Positions 52,247-64,000 of a stretch of 64,000 bases of DNA are shown in pieces (position 1 is the stretch's first letter; each line of letters begins with the position of its first letter). Made by a program: the position numbers and the translations under genes. The notes under the pieces were generated by a model. The model saw nothing but the letters and a program-made list of their open reading frames with translations. It was not told the DNA's origin and ran no database searches. The stretch covers positions 115,258,001 to 115,322,000 of the forward strand of contig NC_043003.1 of NCBI RefSeq assembly GCF_006345805.1, given 5' to 3'. The DNA is from Octopus sinensis. Its lineage: Eukaryota.

Positions 52247-54107
52247 AACACAAATGAAATTAGTTCAGGTATGAGAAACTTCTATAAAAACAACGTCGAT
52301 TCTCTCCATATTGAAGAATCGTCGTTATAGAGTGAGTTATAAAAGGATAACTAATAGGTTGCCACACTTACCCAAATATATTAAGCCTCTGTACTAGACT
52401 AATTTGAATATTGTCTGACACTATGACTGGCTCTAGTGCTGGAGGTTTCTTCAGCCTCATATTGTTGTTCACTTGTTTGGTATTACTTACAATAATTACT
52501 ATATCAAATCAGAAATGTTTAACATCACAAAGAAATTAATTGTTGGATACATTATGTTTGGAAAAGTAGTTGAGTTCCGTTTTGTTGTTGTGGTATATAT
52601 CTGTTTTCAAAGAACTTAAATCATGCAATTCAAAGAACTGATTCTGCTTTATATTTTATATGACCTGTTTATTTAGACCAATAACCGAATAAATTTTGGG
52701 ATTTATATTATTTTTAACACAATGAAAAATATCCCGTAATACACGCGGAATATTTACCTTTGGCAAGATCTGTTACTATCTTATCTACAAGTTGGGAAGG
52801 CATGGCAGCAGAAATCACTGAAAACAGATCCAAACGAGTTCCAATTGCTTCAACCGAATTACCAAAATGAAGGAGATAGAAATTGTAAAACTACATATCG
52901 CTTTATAAATATTTAGCTTCTTTTCTGTGGAATAGGCAAGAATATAGTTTAATTATGCTTGTTCCTTCTTTTTGTTATTCTTCGCATTAATCTCGTTGGA
53001 GCGGGAATTTCCATTGTTCTTTTGATTTCTTTCACTTTCTTTATATGTGTCTGCTATCCATCATTCTTTGTCTCCCTCTGACTATTTCCAAATTTAATAT
53101 ACCCCGCTACCATTTCTTTGATTTTATCTTCCTTTGTTCTCACTCAGACATCATTTACCAATTCTCTTGACATCATTCCGTTAATTTTTATCTCAAATGC
53201 TTTCATATATTTTTATTTTACATTTTTCTTCTTTTCCTTTTCCATTTTCTTTTATACGACTATCTCTTTAGTTTTCTAATTTCAACCATTAGTCATTTAT
53301 AGTGTATTTGAAAGATTTCCTGTTATCTTTTGCTAAAAAAGTATAAATCTAATTAATCCACGCCTCCGCCCAAAACAGTCTCTTACAGCAACATATGCGA
53401 GATTGATTATTTATTATAAATTGGCCGATAGAATGTAATATATAGCTTTAAAAATGTTTCTCATTAGAAATCAAAAGAAGCAAACGAAATGATCAGAACG
53501 AAAACTATAGTCTTGAGATTCTACTACTAAAACGGTTTCTTAATTGGCTGTCCACTTCGCTCTTTATTTATTTATATTTTTGTTTGCTTTATAATTGTTT
53601 TAGCTACTACAGTCTGTATACGATTGCCTTCTAAGAGAAATGTATTTTATTGTACAAATATCTTACATATGATTCTTTGGTAGAGATAAATGTCTAAACA
53701 TACGGTAAGCGTGTTCAGCCTCGTCTTATATTAAAGATTTGATTCCATCCTCCTCTTTGATAAAAATGTAACTTAATGAAAATGTATATAGACATAAAAG
53801 TAGTGTTGTTGTCTTTGACTAACCCAAAATCGACTTTCACTGTGGAGACTCTTAGAACCTAAGAAATTGCTTGAACAAATAGGTGAGACCAAATTACCGA
53901 TGTACCTTCTCTTCTGTTGAAGTGTCATTGCAGTCTGTCTATGATTATCTTGATCATTTACCGTTAAAAGGATATTCAATATTACATTACCCAGTATTGC
54001 ACTTTTTAATATGGCTGACTGTGATATAAAGGAACAGTTGAACCAGTGCACAGCGCCCCTTTTGTTTGTAACCGGTTCAGTATATTAAGCGCAAACATGA
54101 TATATAT

Positions 54108-54163
<56 letters not shown>

Positions 54164-55337
54164 CTCAAAATGTTAGGATTACTTTATAAATTGTAGTTAG
54201 CAGAATAATTAATTGCAATAACTGCCTAGTCATTGAACATAGTAAAGTAAAAATGAAAATCAAATATGTATTATTCGAATATCCGTTTCATGAATGCATT
54301 CATCATACACGAAGGTGGTGTTGGGGCAGAATCTACCCACAATCTCAACGTAATCAACATTCATTTAACTGAGGAATCTATACAATAAAGAATGCGGAAA
54401 ATTCATGGGGGGGCTACACCTCATGTCGATCAGTCTTTGTCCCTATTTGTCAGAATGAACTGGATTCTGCTGTGAAAAGAACATACATTAAACAAACACC
54501 ACTTCTATCCATTCATGGTCCAAGGACTCATTACTTAGCGGGACGCTGGAAAAACTAGCAATCTTCCCTCTGCAATTTCGTTTTAATCTTATCCTTCCAT
54601 AATCAGAAAATTAGTACAAATCACTCTCAAATATATCTGGAGCTCTACACGACATGCGCACTGTAGAAGAAAAGATCTTTAGCTGTTCTATGTTTAAATT
54701 ATCAATACATCCATTATTACAATAAATTATAAACTTCGAAACGTTATAATATTTATATTCTATAATAATTCAGTTGTAAACTGTGAACAAAATGCGAAAT
54801 GTCAATTCTGATTAAAAAACTAAGTCTTACCATAAGAAATTCCTTCACAAAACTAAATTGCGCTCGCAATAAAGAATTCAAAGTATATTGTGAACCATGT
54901 AATTCAAAGAATGCTTTTCAAGGTTAGATACTTTAAAGAACAAAAATTCCAATTCTTTTGTATCTGCACACTAAACAACAAAAATCAAAGAATACCATCT
55001 AAAGTAGACCAAATGCTTCAACTATCATCCGAGTAAACAGTTCTTGACCTTAAAAAAATTATCTCTTTTATAACCACATATCCACAAGAAAGGTACGCGT
55101 AGATAGTTGATCACATATAGGCAGATTTTAGAAGCGAAACGGCTGTAATACGTTGATATATATATATATATGGCGATAAGTGACAATGAAGCATAACAAA
55201 TTACAGCTATAGGAAATCAACACGAGATTTTAGCTTACATATAACAAATATACAAGATGTGGGGGCGGAAAAATTTCAAGACGAAACAAAATTGCTTTCA
55301 CTACAGAAAATTCTTCATTTACCAATGCTAATTATAG

Positions 55338-55735
55338 TTTTTACTTTATTCTTTTACTACTTTCGGTCATTAGAATGAATCGAGCCCAGTTCTTACAGTC
55401 TTGGTAATTATTCTGTTGGTTACTTATGCCGAACCACTACGCTATGGTGACGTAACCAAGCCAACACCGGTTTTCAAGCGGTGGAGGGCGACAAGCAGTC
55501 ACAAAAATAAGTGCGCACACACACACACACACTCACACGCACACATGCACACACACACACATACACGCACACATGCACACACACACACAAAACACATGTC
55601 TACAAAATCCACTCACAAGACATTCGTTGAACCGAAGATATAGCTGGGGACCCCTGGCAAAGGTGTCACGCTGTGGGACTGAACCGGGATCCCCCCAGTC
55701 GTGAAGCAAATTTCTTTCGACACAGCCACATATAT
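55338..55735 (-). mobile_element. Degenerate SINE, family A
   Basis: GCCGAACCACTACGCTATGG..AAATCCACTCACAAG..GGGACTGAACC..CACAGCCAC. Confidence 0.7.
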
Positions 55736-56003
55736 TCACATTTTCTTTCTTTCAAATATATTCAGAATATTCTTCACGACAAAGAATACTTCATGAAAAA
55801 TCATTTGCCGCAATTACTTTACAATATATAAGCCATTAAAAATGTGTCGTCAATTTAGAAAATGGAGATGTAGAATTAATAAAATTTATTATCTGCAAAA
55901 ATACAACATATTCTCTTATAGCTGTTTCAATTTAGGTTAAAATAATAAATTACAATAATTTAATCATTATATTAAACAAAATTTCGTCAGAGAGGTAAAA
56001 ATA

Positions 56004-56418
56004 GGATCTTTTCGGTTTGAACGGCAGTTTTTAACATAATTTCTAGGTAACTAAAAAATTTTAAACTTCGTATACTCGTAGAATGTGTTTATAAAACATA
56101 TTTTTCTCTTGGCTTTATTGAGAAAATTCTATAGTTTGTAAGATATTTGTTGTTTTTTTTTTCAATTTCTGCAATTTCAACCGATCAATGACCTTTATTG
56201 AGGTAAAAATCATTCTGTGTCATATGAATATGTCCCTCGTTTAAGAAACAGATTAAGTTTATTTACATTTGTGAAGAAAGAAAGATACCCTTACCCCCAC
56301 CCCTAACCCTAACCCTAAAAGAGATTGAAATGCAATAGATCGATTCTAGGGTCATAATTATGGGTGACAATTTCATATGACACCGCTAGAAAAACTGCCG
56401 TTCAAACTGAAAACATCC
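56004..56418. mobile_element. GGATC-TIR MITE copy M10 between 64-bp direct duplicates
   Basis: Both TIRs present; 55940-56003 is repeated at 56419-56482. Confidence 0.95.
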
Positions 56419-56958
56419 AAATATTAAATTACAATAATTAAATCATTATATTAAACAAAATTTCATGAGAGAAGTAAAAATATATACCGTTAGGTTATTA
56501 GGTGTTGTGTTTTCAAATCATCTTAGAGGACTGAATATTATTTTGTTGCTAATATTGGTATAAACTTGGGCCAGAGTGTCATAGGTTGTTTTATTATTTA
56601 ATGGAGAATGTGCATATAATCAGTGTAATAATTGGTAAATATAAAAATACAGGTTAGATAGTGAGTTACAGTAAATAAGAGTATCATATGAAAGAAAGAT
56701 TAGATAAATGAACACTTTTGAAATTTGTTTATAAAATTGAGGGAAATTAACGTGAAAAATAGATAAAAAATATATGTTTACGCTGGTAAAAAAACTACTA
56801 GGCAACAAATCAATAACTCACCTTATGTTTAGTATATATGTAAATATATATAAAATTACTTCATCCGTGTAATAAGGTTCAACAAAAAGAATACTCCATC
56901 TGCTAAGAGTAAACACATTGTGAATTGATAGTATAAAACAATATATATATATATATAT

Positions 56959-57042
<84 letters not shown>

Positions 57043-57123
57043 TGAAGTTGAGAATGTATTGGGATTTGCTAAGGCTTTCTATTTTTAAATATTTAAAGAC
57101 AACCTGCCTCGTAAATTTCTCTG

Positions 57124-57540
57124 GGATCTTTTCGGTTTGAACGGCAGTTTTTTTCTAGAAGTGTCATATGAAATTGTCACCCATAATTATGACCCTAGTA
57201 TCGATCTATTGCATTTCAATCTCTTTCAGAGTTAGGGTTAGTTAGGGTTAGGGTTAGGGGTGTGGTAAGGGTATATTTTTTCTTCACAAATGTAAATAAA
57301 CCCAGTCTGTTTCTTAAACGAGGGACATATTTATACGGCACTCAATAGACGTCAGTGATTGGTTGAAATTGCAGAAATTGAAGAAAAAAAACAACAAATA
57401 TCTTACAAACTATAGACTTTTCTCAATAAAGCCAAGAAAGAAAGATGTTTTATAAACACATTCTACCAGTATACGAAGTTTAAAATTTTTTAGTTACCTA
57501 GAAATTATGTTAAAAACTGCCGTTCAAACCGAAAAGATCC
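57124..57540. mobile_element. GGATC-TIR MITE copy M11
   Basis: Both TIRs perfect; 8-bp TSD TTTCTCTG/TCTCTCTG. Confidence 0.95.
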
Positions 57541-58142
57541 TCTCTCTGAATTAAAAAATTTGAAGTAGAAAGACGTGGATCTGTTCTGTAATTGCCTTGC
57601 TTCTGGTGTGACAGTCCCAAGCAATAAATACTCTCTGAATTTAATCGTTTGAGTGTGGGAGAGCCTGATCACGTGATTAGCCTTAGAAACTTGTGCAGGT
57701 TCGCCACCACATCCTTAATATGACTATATTTTCTGCCGAAATTATAGCTGACACATGTTCACTGACAGTGAACATGTTTAGTGACAGTGCTAAACAGAGC
57801 TCTTTAAATTTAATCTTTCAAGAGACAGAGTGGAGAGGATCTGTTTCTCTTTAACTCAGGGTTGAAGAGTTATGGTTTGTACCGATGTACGCAAGTATAA
57901 GATTTTGTTCTCCATATTTGTTTGAAACCCAGTGTATTTTCAACTTACCCACGTGTGCGCAAGTATGCATACCTACACACACACACGCACACACACACAC
58001 ATGCGCACACACACACACACGCACACATATATATATATATGACCCACTATTGGCGCTTCACAACTGGTGTTGGTGTGTTTACAATCCCGTAAAGTCGCGG
58101 TTCAGCCATCATTGAAACAAGTCAATGAATATAAGAATATAA

Positions 58143-58182
<40 letters not shown>

Positions 58183-58297
58183 ACGCACGTGTATTTGTGG
58201 ACATAAATACAAAAAAAAAAAGAACAGAAAGTAGAGTAACAAGCATTCTATTAATGCTGTAAAAGACTTCACAGTATATATATATATATATATATAT

Positions 58298-58600
58298 ATG
58301 AAACTCCCTTCGGTCACGACACAGACCATGGGGTTGCACCTAGACAGTTACCCTCTCAGGGCACAAGTCCGGGCAAGGTCGTTTATGGAAGACCAGCAAT
58401 CGCCCATGCATACCCGCCACCAATGTTATCCAAGAGAAAGGCAAAGGCCGATACAGCTCATTTCTACTGCTGAGAGAACTGGAGCAACGTGAAATAAAGT
58501 GCCTTGCTCAAGAACACAACACGCAGCCCGGTCCGGGATTCCGAGCTCACAACCTCACGATCGTAAGCTGGACGCTCTAACCACAAAGCCATGCGCCTCC
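58298..58600 (-). mobile_element. tRNA-headed SINE with a CORE/V-like central motif
   Basis: GGAGCAACGTGAAATAAAGTGCCTTGCTCAAGAACACAAC; minus-strand head GTGGAGGCGCATGGCTTTGTGGTTAGAGCG. Confidence 0.7.
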
Positions 58601-58902
58601 ACACCCACACACACACACACACACACACATACACACATACACACACACACGCACGCACGCACACACACATATATATACATTGTTATATATGCATAAATCA
58701 TTAGTGTCTACTACATTTCACGATAAAGATAACAGAAATTCTGAGGGAGAGAAGCTAACGGCTGACCAGTTGGTTCGATACTGGAAACGAACTTAGTATC
58801 AGGTGGTTACAAACAAGAAATTCTTCACAAATGAATGGCCATATATGAATACGAATCATATGCGTTTCAATGTCTCTACCCTTTTCAGAATACTCACACA
58901 CA

Positions 58903-58938
<36 letters not shown>

Positions 58939-60336
58939 TTTATTCATTTATTTGTGAATAGTTTAGGATACAGAAGGCAAAAGGCAAAAGGGAAAAAAAA
59001 CAGACAAGAAACATCATTGATCCAAAATTCATTTTACTGTCTTTCTTCATATTTTCTTATTGAACTTCAAACAAATAATATTTTACCCGAAGAAACACGA
59101 TCTATATTATTTAAGTTACCGCGGATGAGAAGAACTTCAAGCGTTCTATATAATCTCCATGTAAGACAAGTCCCACCCACTCGACTACATTTACAACTCT
59201 CTTACTACAAGCAGAGTCATATCCATGACGGAACCTGGCTTCACCCATTAACATTGATTCTTCTTTGTTCAATGCCAGCGTTCTGAGTGAAGGAATGTTT
59301 GGGGAGGATAATCAAAGAAAAACGAACAATCATTGGTTTTCCTTTCAACTATGAGATTCGTTACTTTATATTACAAATGTTTATTCGGTAGTGTGCGCAA
59401 CTTAGTAAACGCAAACAAACGTTGCCATTGTGTTTGCCAATGATTTTTCCATGCCAATTTAAGATGTGATCGATGCGATAGCTTCAAATGACTTTCAGTC
59501 TTTACATAGATGTAATCATGTCTACAAACTCACACCACACACACACACACACACCACACACACACACACACTGATATGCGTACGCAGAGACACATGCCTC
59601 CAATCGTGCGAAAATACACAAGAACGTAAATACATCGATATATATGTATGTATACACATATATAAACACAGTGAAAGACATCCACATATATATGAATATA
59701 TAAATATGCCCACAAATATATGTATGAGGACATACGTCTGTACATATATAAGAGAGCTGGACAAGTTCAATTCCTGATGAATACGGAAGAAAATCTCATC
59801 ATATTTTACTGAGTTTTACAATAATTGAGGAGATTCAAGGTGCATTTACACGTATATGTTCAGGGGTCCTCTCACTTATGCTGTTAGGGTCAGAAGTTGG
59901 AAGCCCCTTACTATATTATATTGTCATTGCTGTTTCTACGCTATAGATTTTGGCTCTTAATATTGAAATACTTTCATAATATTTTAATCTTTAATAACAA
60001 ACATGGATATAAATTGGGAAAATCAATTACAGCTGTTTCAGCCAAGAGGTAAAAATACCTCATTCTACCTTTATTACGCAAGTGGAATTTTACAGGAGGA
60101 ATTTTAGTTTGTATTTATGGGTTTCTTACAGAATTACAAGAATCCGTATTCGAAATAAAGAATAGGCAGCGATTACCTTCCACCTGAACACAGAACGATA
60201 GAGAAAGTCGTGTCATGTTTCCCGAAGAGACTTAAACAATATTTACCGTATTTGAGGCATGGGGCTTCCGAAGCGCTTAAGAGTATTCAACATTTAACCT
60301 GATATTGAGTGGAAAACGTTTACTAAAATTCTATAC

Positions 60337-60554
60337 TATTTTACTCTTTTACTCGTTTCAGTCATTTGACTGCGGCCATGCTGGAGCACCGCCTTTAGTC
60401 GAGCAAATCGACCCCGTAACTTATTCTTTGTAAGCCCAGTACTTATTCTATCGATCTCTTTTGCCGAACCGCTAAGTGACGGGGACATAAACACACCAGC
60501 ATCGGTTGTCAAGCAATGCTAGGGAGACAAACACAGACACACAAACACACACAC

Positions 60555-60598
<44 letters not shown>

Positions 60599-60699
60599 GA
60601 CAGGCTTCTTTCAGTTTCCGCCTACCAAATCCACTCACAAGGCATTGGTCGGCCCGGGGCTATAGCAGAAGTCACTTGCCCAAGATGCCACGCAGTGGG
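60337..60699 (-). mobile_element. SINE family A, head truncated
   Basis: Aligns with 21717-22100. Confidence 0.92.
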
Positions 60700-61619
60700 T
60701 TAGTGTACACATTTGATCGAAGCAAACTCGCATCACCCGCAACGCAAAACCACTTCGTCTCATCGTAGGTTTCAGCTTATATCGCCTATTCTAGAAAAGT
60801 CTCTTCTGAAATTGGTATCAGTGTATCAAGGATAATACTGGGACTGGTGAGAAAGATCGAAACCTGGAAACTTGTACATCATTTCCTTACTACTTTTAGA
60901 TTCTTGTTGCTACATAGCACTTTCAAAGCTGTAATTATCTGCTTTGCTTTCCGTCACACATGGTGAGTTTGCGGATGTTACTTCCCAGACGTTTCTCACT
61001 TAATATACGATTATATGGAATATTATCGCCACCAGAGATTTATCTCAAATTTTAATAGAGCTACGTTTAAGTCCTTAAATTGCTGGTGAAACAAGCAGGT
61101 ATACAAAAGGAATTTGGTGTCGGATTTGTCATTTTTGAAAATGATTTTGGCTTGTTTCCAGTTGTGAATATTTGTCGCTTAGGGAGAGATTCTCGTCCGC
61201 TTATTTAATTGGCGCCGTTCCCATCGCTTTTCCGATCCAACATTGTTTCCTTTATTCCCGTGTGATTATAACTTGTTACACAATATAATTAGATTTATGA
61301 TTTGGATTGTTCCTTTGGATAATCGTTAGGTTTCCTCTTTCTGGAAATTTCGTGTTTCAAATTCAAATTCACGACTACTCTGTCATCAAATTTTACGTCT
61401 TAATCTTACTTTGGACATTTTCATATTTGCAGAAGGCGTCGAACCAGACTAGTCTTCTACAGGTGAATTTTCAACAGGAAATTGCAAAAGTAAGGAACGA
61501 GGTCAGTGGAGATATTGTGGCCAGGTGGAAAGGATGAAATAAAATTTAAAAAACAAAAGCATATACAATAATCAGTTATTACCAATATTACTAATATTAG
61601 ATGCATTCTGTTATTCAAA

Positions 61620-61684
<65 letters not shown>

Positions 61685-61860
61685 TATTTTTGATAGTTAT
61701 AAGGATAGTAATTTTACAATCAATATATCAATATATCATAAAGTTATTATAGTTATGTCAAAACTAATCTGCATACACATGTGGAACGTATATATGCCAT
61801 ATGCACACATACATATACGAACAAATATATATATGCATATATATTTTTCCATTTAAACAT

Positions 61861-62193
61861 CTCTTACTCTCTTTTACTCTTTTATTTGTTTCAGTCATTT
61901 GACTGTGGCCATGCTGAAGCACCGCCTTCAGTCGAGCAAATCGGCACCAGGACTTATTCTTTGTAAGCCCAGTACTTATTCTATCGGTCTCTTTTTTTGC
62001 CGAACCGCTAAGTTACGGGAACGTAAACACACCAGCATCGGTTGTCAAACAATGTTGGGGGACAACACACACACACACACACACGTATATATATACATAT
62101 ATACGACGGGCTTCTTTCAGTTTCCGTCTTCCAAATCCACTCACAAGGCTTCGGTCGGCCCGAGGCTATAGTAGACACTTGCCCAAGGTGCCA
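61861..62193 (-). mobile_element. SINE family A, head truncated
   Basis: Aligns with other family A copies. Confidence 0.92.
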
Positions 62194-62463
62194 TACTAAT
62201 TATATTCTTTATTCTATATTATATCTATTGTGAATAATAGAGCGCATCTAATATTAATAATATCAGTAATAACTGCATATTGTATATGCTTATAAATGTA
62301 AATATGTATGTATATTTCAGTATATATATTGGTATTTATGTATGTATATATATATATATGTATATGTATATGTATATGTATATCTATCTTTATATCTATC
62401 TATCTATCTATATATATATATTTATATATATATATATATATATATATGGTGTGTGTGTGTATG

Positions 62464-62494
<31 letters not shown>

Positions 62495-63275
62495 TTATCT
62501 ATATATAAGTATTCAAATGTCTGTGTATTTTATTTATTTTATATTTATATTTATTTGTAACTTAACATTATGTACTCTATAATCTCCAACGAAGCGTAGA
62601 GATATACCCAAGTACCTCATTTTCATCTACCTATTACTTCACTCCACTTGAGTAATAAAGGTAGAATGAGGTATTTTTACCTCTTCGCTGAAACAGCTGT
62701 AAGTGATTTCCCAATTTATATCCATGTTTGTTATTTTATAATAATTACCGGTAGCCTTATATATTACTATATTTTATGTTTTATATGTAAAACATATGTT
62801 ACCTGTATGTATATTATTGTAATTATCAGTTTAGTAAATAAATAAATAAGTTAACATAATATAATGTCTAAAAGTTGATGAACCACCTAATGATCCTCTC
62901 CATTGTCTTATTGCTATATAAATTAATGGTAAAATATCTCCTTACCTTCACCCGTTTAGTATAATACATAATGTAATTGCAATGCTATAAATAACACTTC
63001 TGTATTAATAATTGTATATTCTATCAGCAGTATATTGGATAGATATTATCCCTTAGTGGGTTGGATTCACAACCTCTAACTTTCTTGGAGTTATATATAT
63101 ATATATATATATGCATGTATATACAAACTTTTATTCTTCTACATGCTTCAGTCCTAAGGGTGTGCCATACAGGGACACTGCCAGTGAAAAATAACAAATG
63201 TTATAATCGGGAGTCGAACTTTGATCGATGGTTAGGAAGACAACCATGATATATATATATTATATATATATTATA

Positions 63276-63309
<34 letters not shown>

Positions 63310-63310
63310 T

Positions 63311-63407
63311 ACGCTGAAGAGAAAAGAAGTTTCGGTAAGATAGAATTATTTAATATTTAATATTTAATTCTTATGCTTTCCTAAAAACTTGATTTCGAAA
63401 CGTACGT
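63311..63407 (+). ncRNA. Type I hammerhead ribozyme-like motif with canonical core and long stem II
   Basis: ACG-CTGAAGA-GAAAAGAAGTTT...AAAACTTGATTTC-GAAAC-GT-A-CGT: palindromic ACGU stem III, GUA cleavage triplet, 3-bp stem I. Confidence 0.6.
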
Positions 63408-63599
63408 CCGTAGATAACTTAAAAATGTATGATAGATTGCCGTCAATTCATTCTCTCTTACCTGTTTGTGTCTGCCTTCCAATTGCTGTTTTACTGAGAT
63501 CTCCCTTTTTAGTAGAAGAAATAGCTATAACTCTTTGACTGCTATTTCTAAATTCGGTATGTGGTAAGGCAATTCGTTGCTATACCCTTTATTGCTTAG

Positions 63600-63659
63600 T
63601 ATATATATATATATATGTCTATATATATAAACATACCTTGTCACATATGTACATATACA

Positions 63660-63703
<44 letters not shown>

Positions 63704-63724
63704 TGTCTATGCATATATATATAT

Positions 63725-63783
<59 letters not shown>

Positions 63784-63818
63784 TGTCTGTCTATGCATAT
63801 ATACATATATACATTTCG

Positions 63819-63870
<52 letters not shown>
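63600..63870. repeat. (TA)n/(TG)n compound microsatellite
   Basis: Direct reading. Confidence 0.95.
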
Positions 63871-64000
63871 CTTAACAAACATGCATGTATTTATATAATT
63901 GGCAATATTAATAACATATAAGTATGAGTTTCCAAGCAAGGTTTGTTTTATTCTCACCACTAATTATACGATTCAAATTTTACTTCAAGTAATTCCCTCT

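Overview
This is AT-rich, microsatellite-saturated animal genomic DNA. The SINE, Penelope-like and MITE repertoire is consistent with an octopod cephalopod (inference from pattern recognition, not a database result). I found no intact, recognisable protein-coding gene, rRNA, tRNA gene or CRISPR array. Most long ORFs in the track are translations of (TA)n, (TG)n or (TATG)n repeats. The window is a record of decayed transposons: three tRNA-headed SINE families (more than 25 copies or fragments), and at least eight Penelope-like (PLE) remnants, several with GIY-YIG fragments, fold-back ends and minimal hammerhead-ribozyme motifs. There are also remnants of a CR1-group LINE, an R4/Dong-like LINE inside a (TAA)n tract, a mariner transposase, a Helitron 3' half and a hAT MITE. 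The most unusual feature is a ~415-bp MITE family with 29-bp TIRs (GGATCTTTTCGGTTTGAACGGCAGTTTTT) and an internal TTAGGG/G-tract motif. It has 11 copies or fragments, 10 of them within 43.2-57.5 kb. Some copies have ordinary 8-bp target duplications. Others sit flush at the breakpoints of a 64-bp and a 231-bp direct duplication, a ~450-bp inverted duplication and an apparent ~250-bp inversion with an inverted 8-bp target. This points to a locally hopping element that rearranges its flanks, resembling hybrid-element/alternative transposition.
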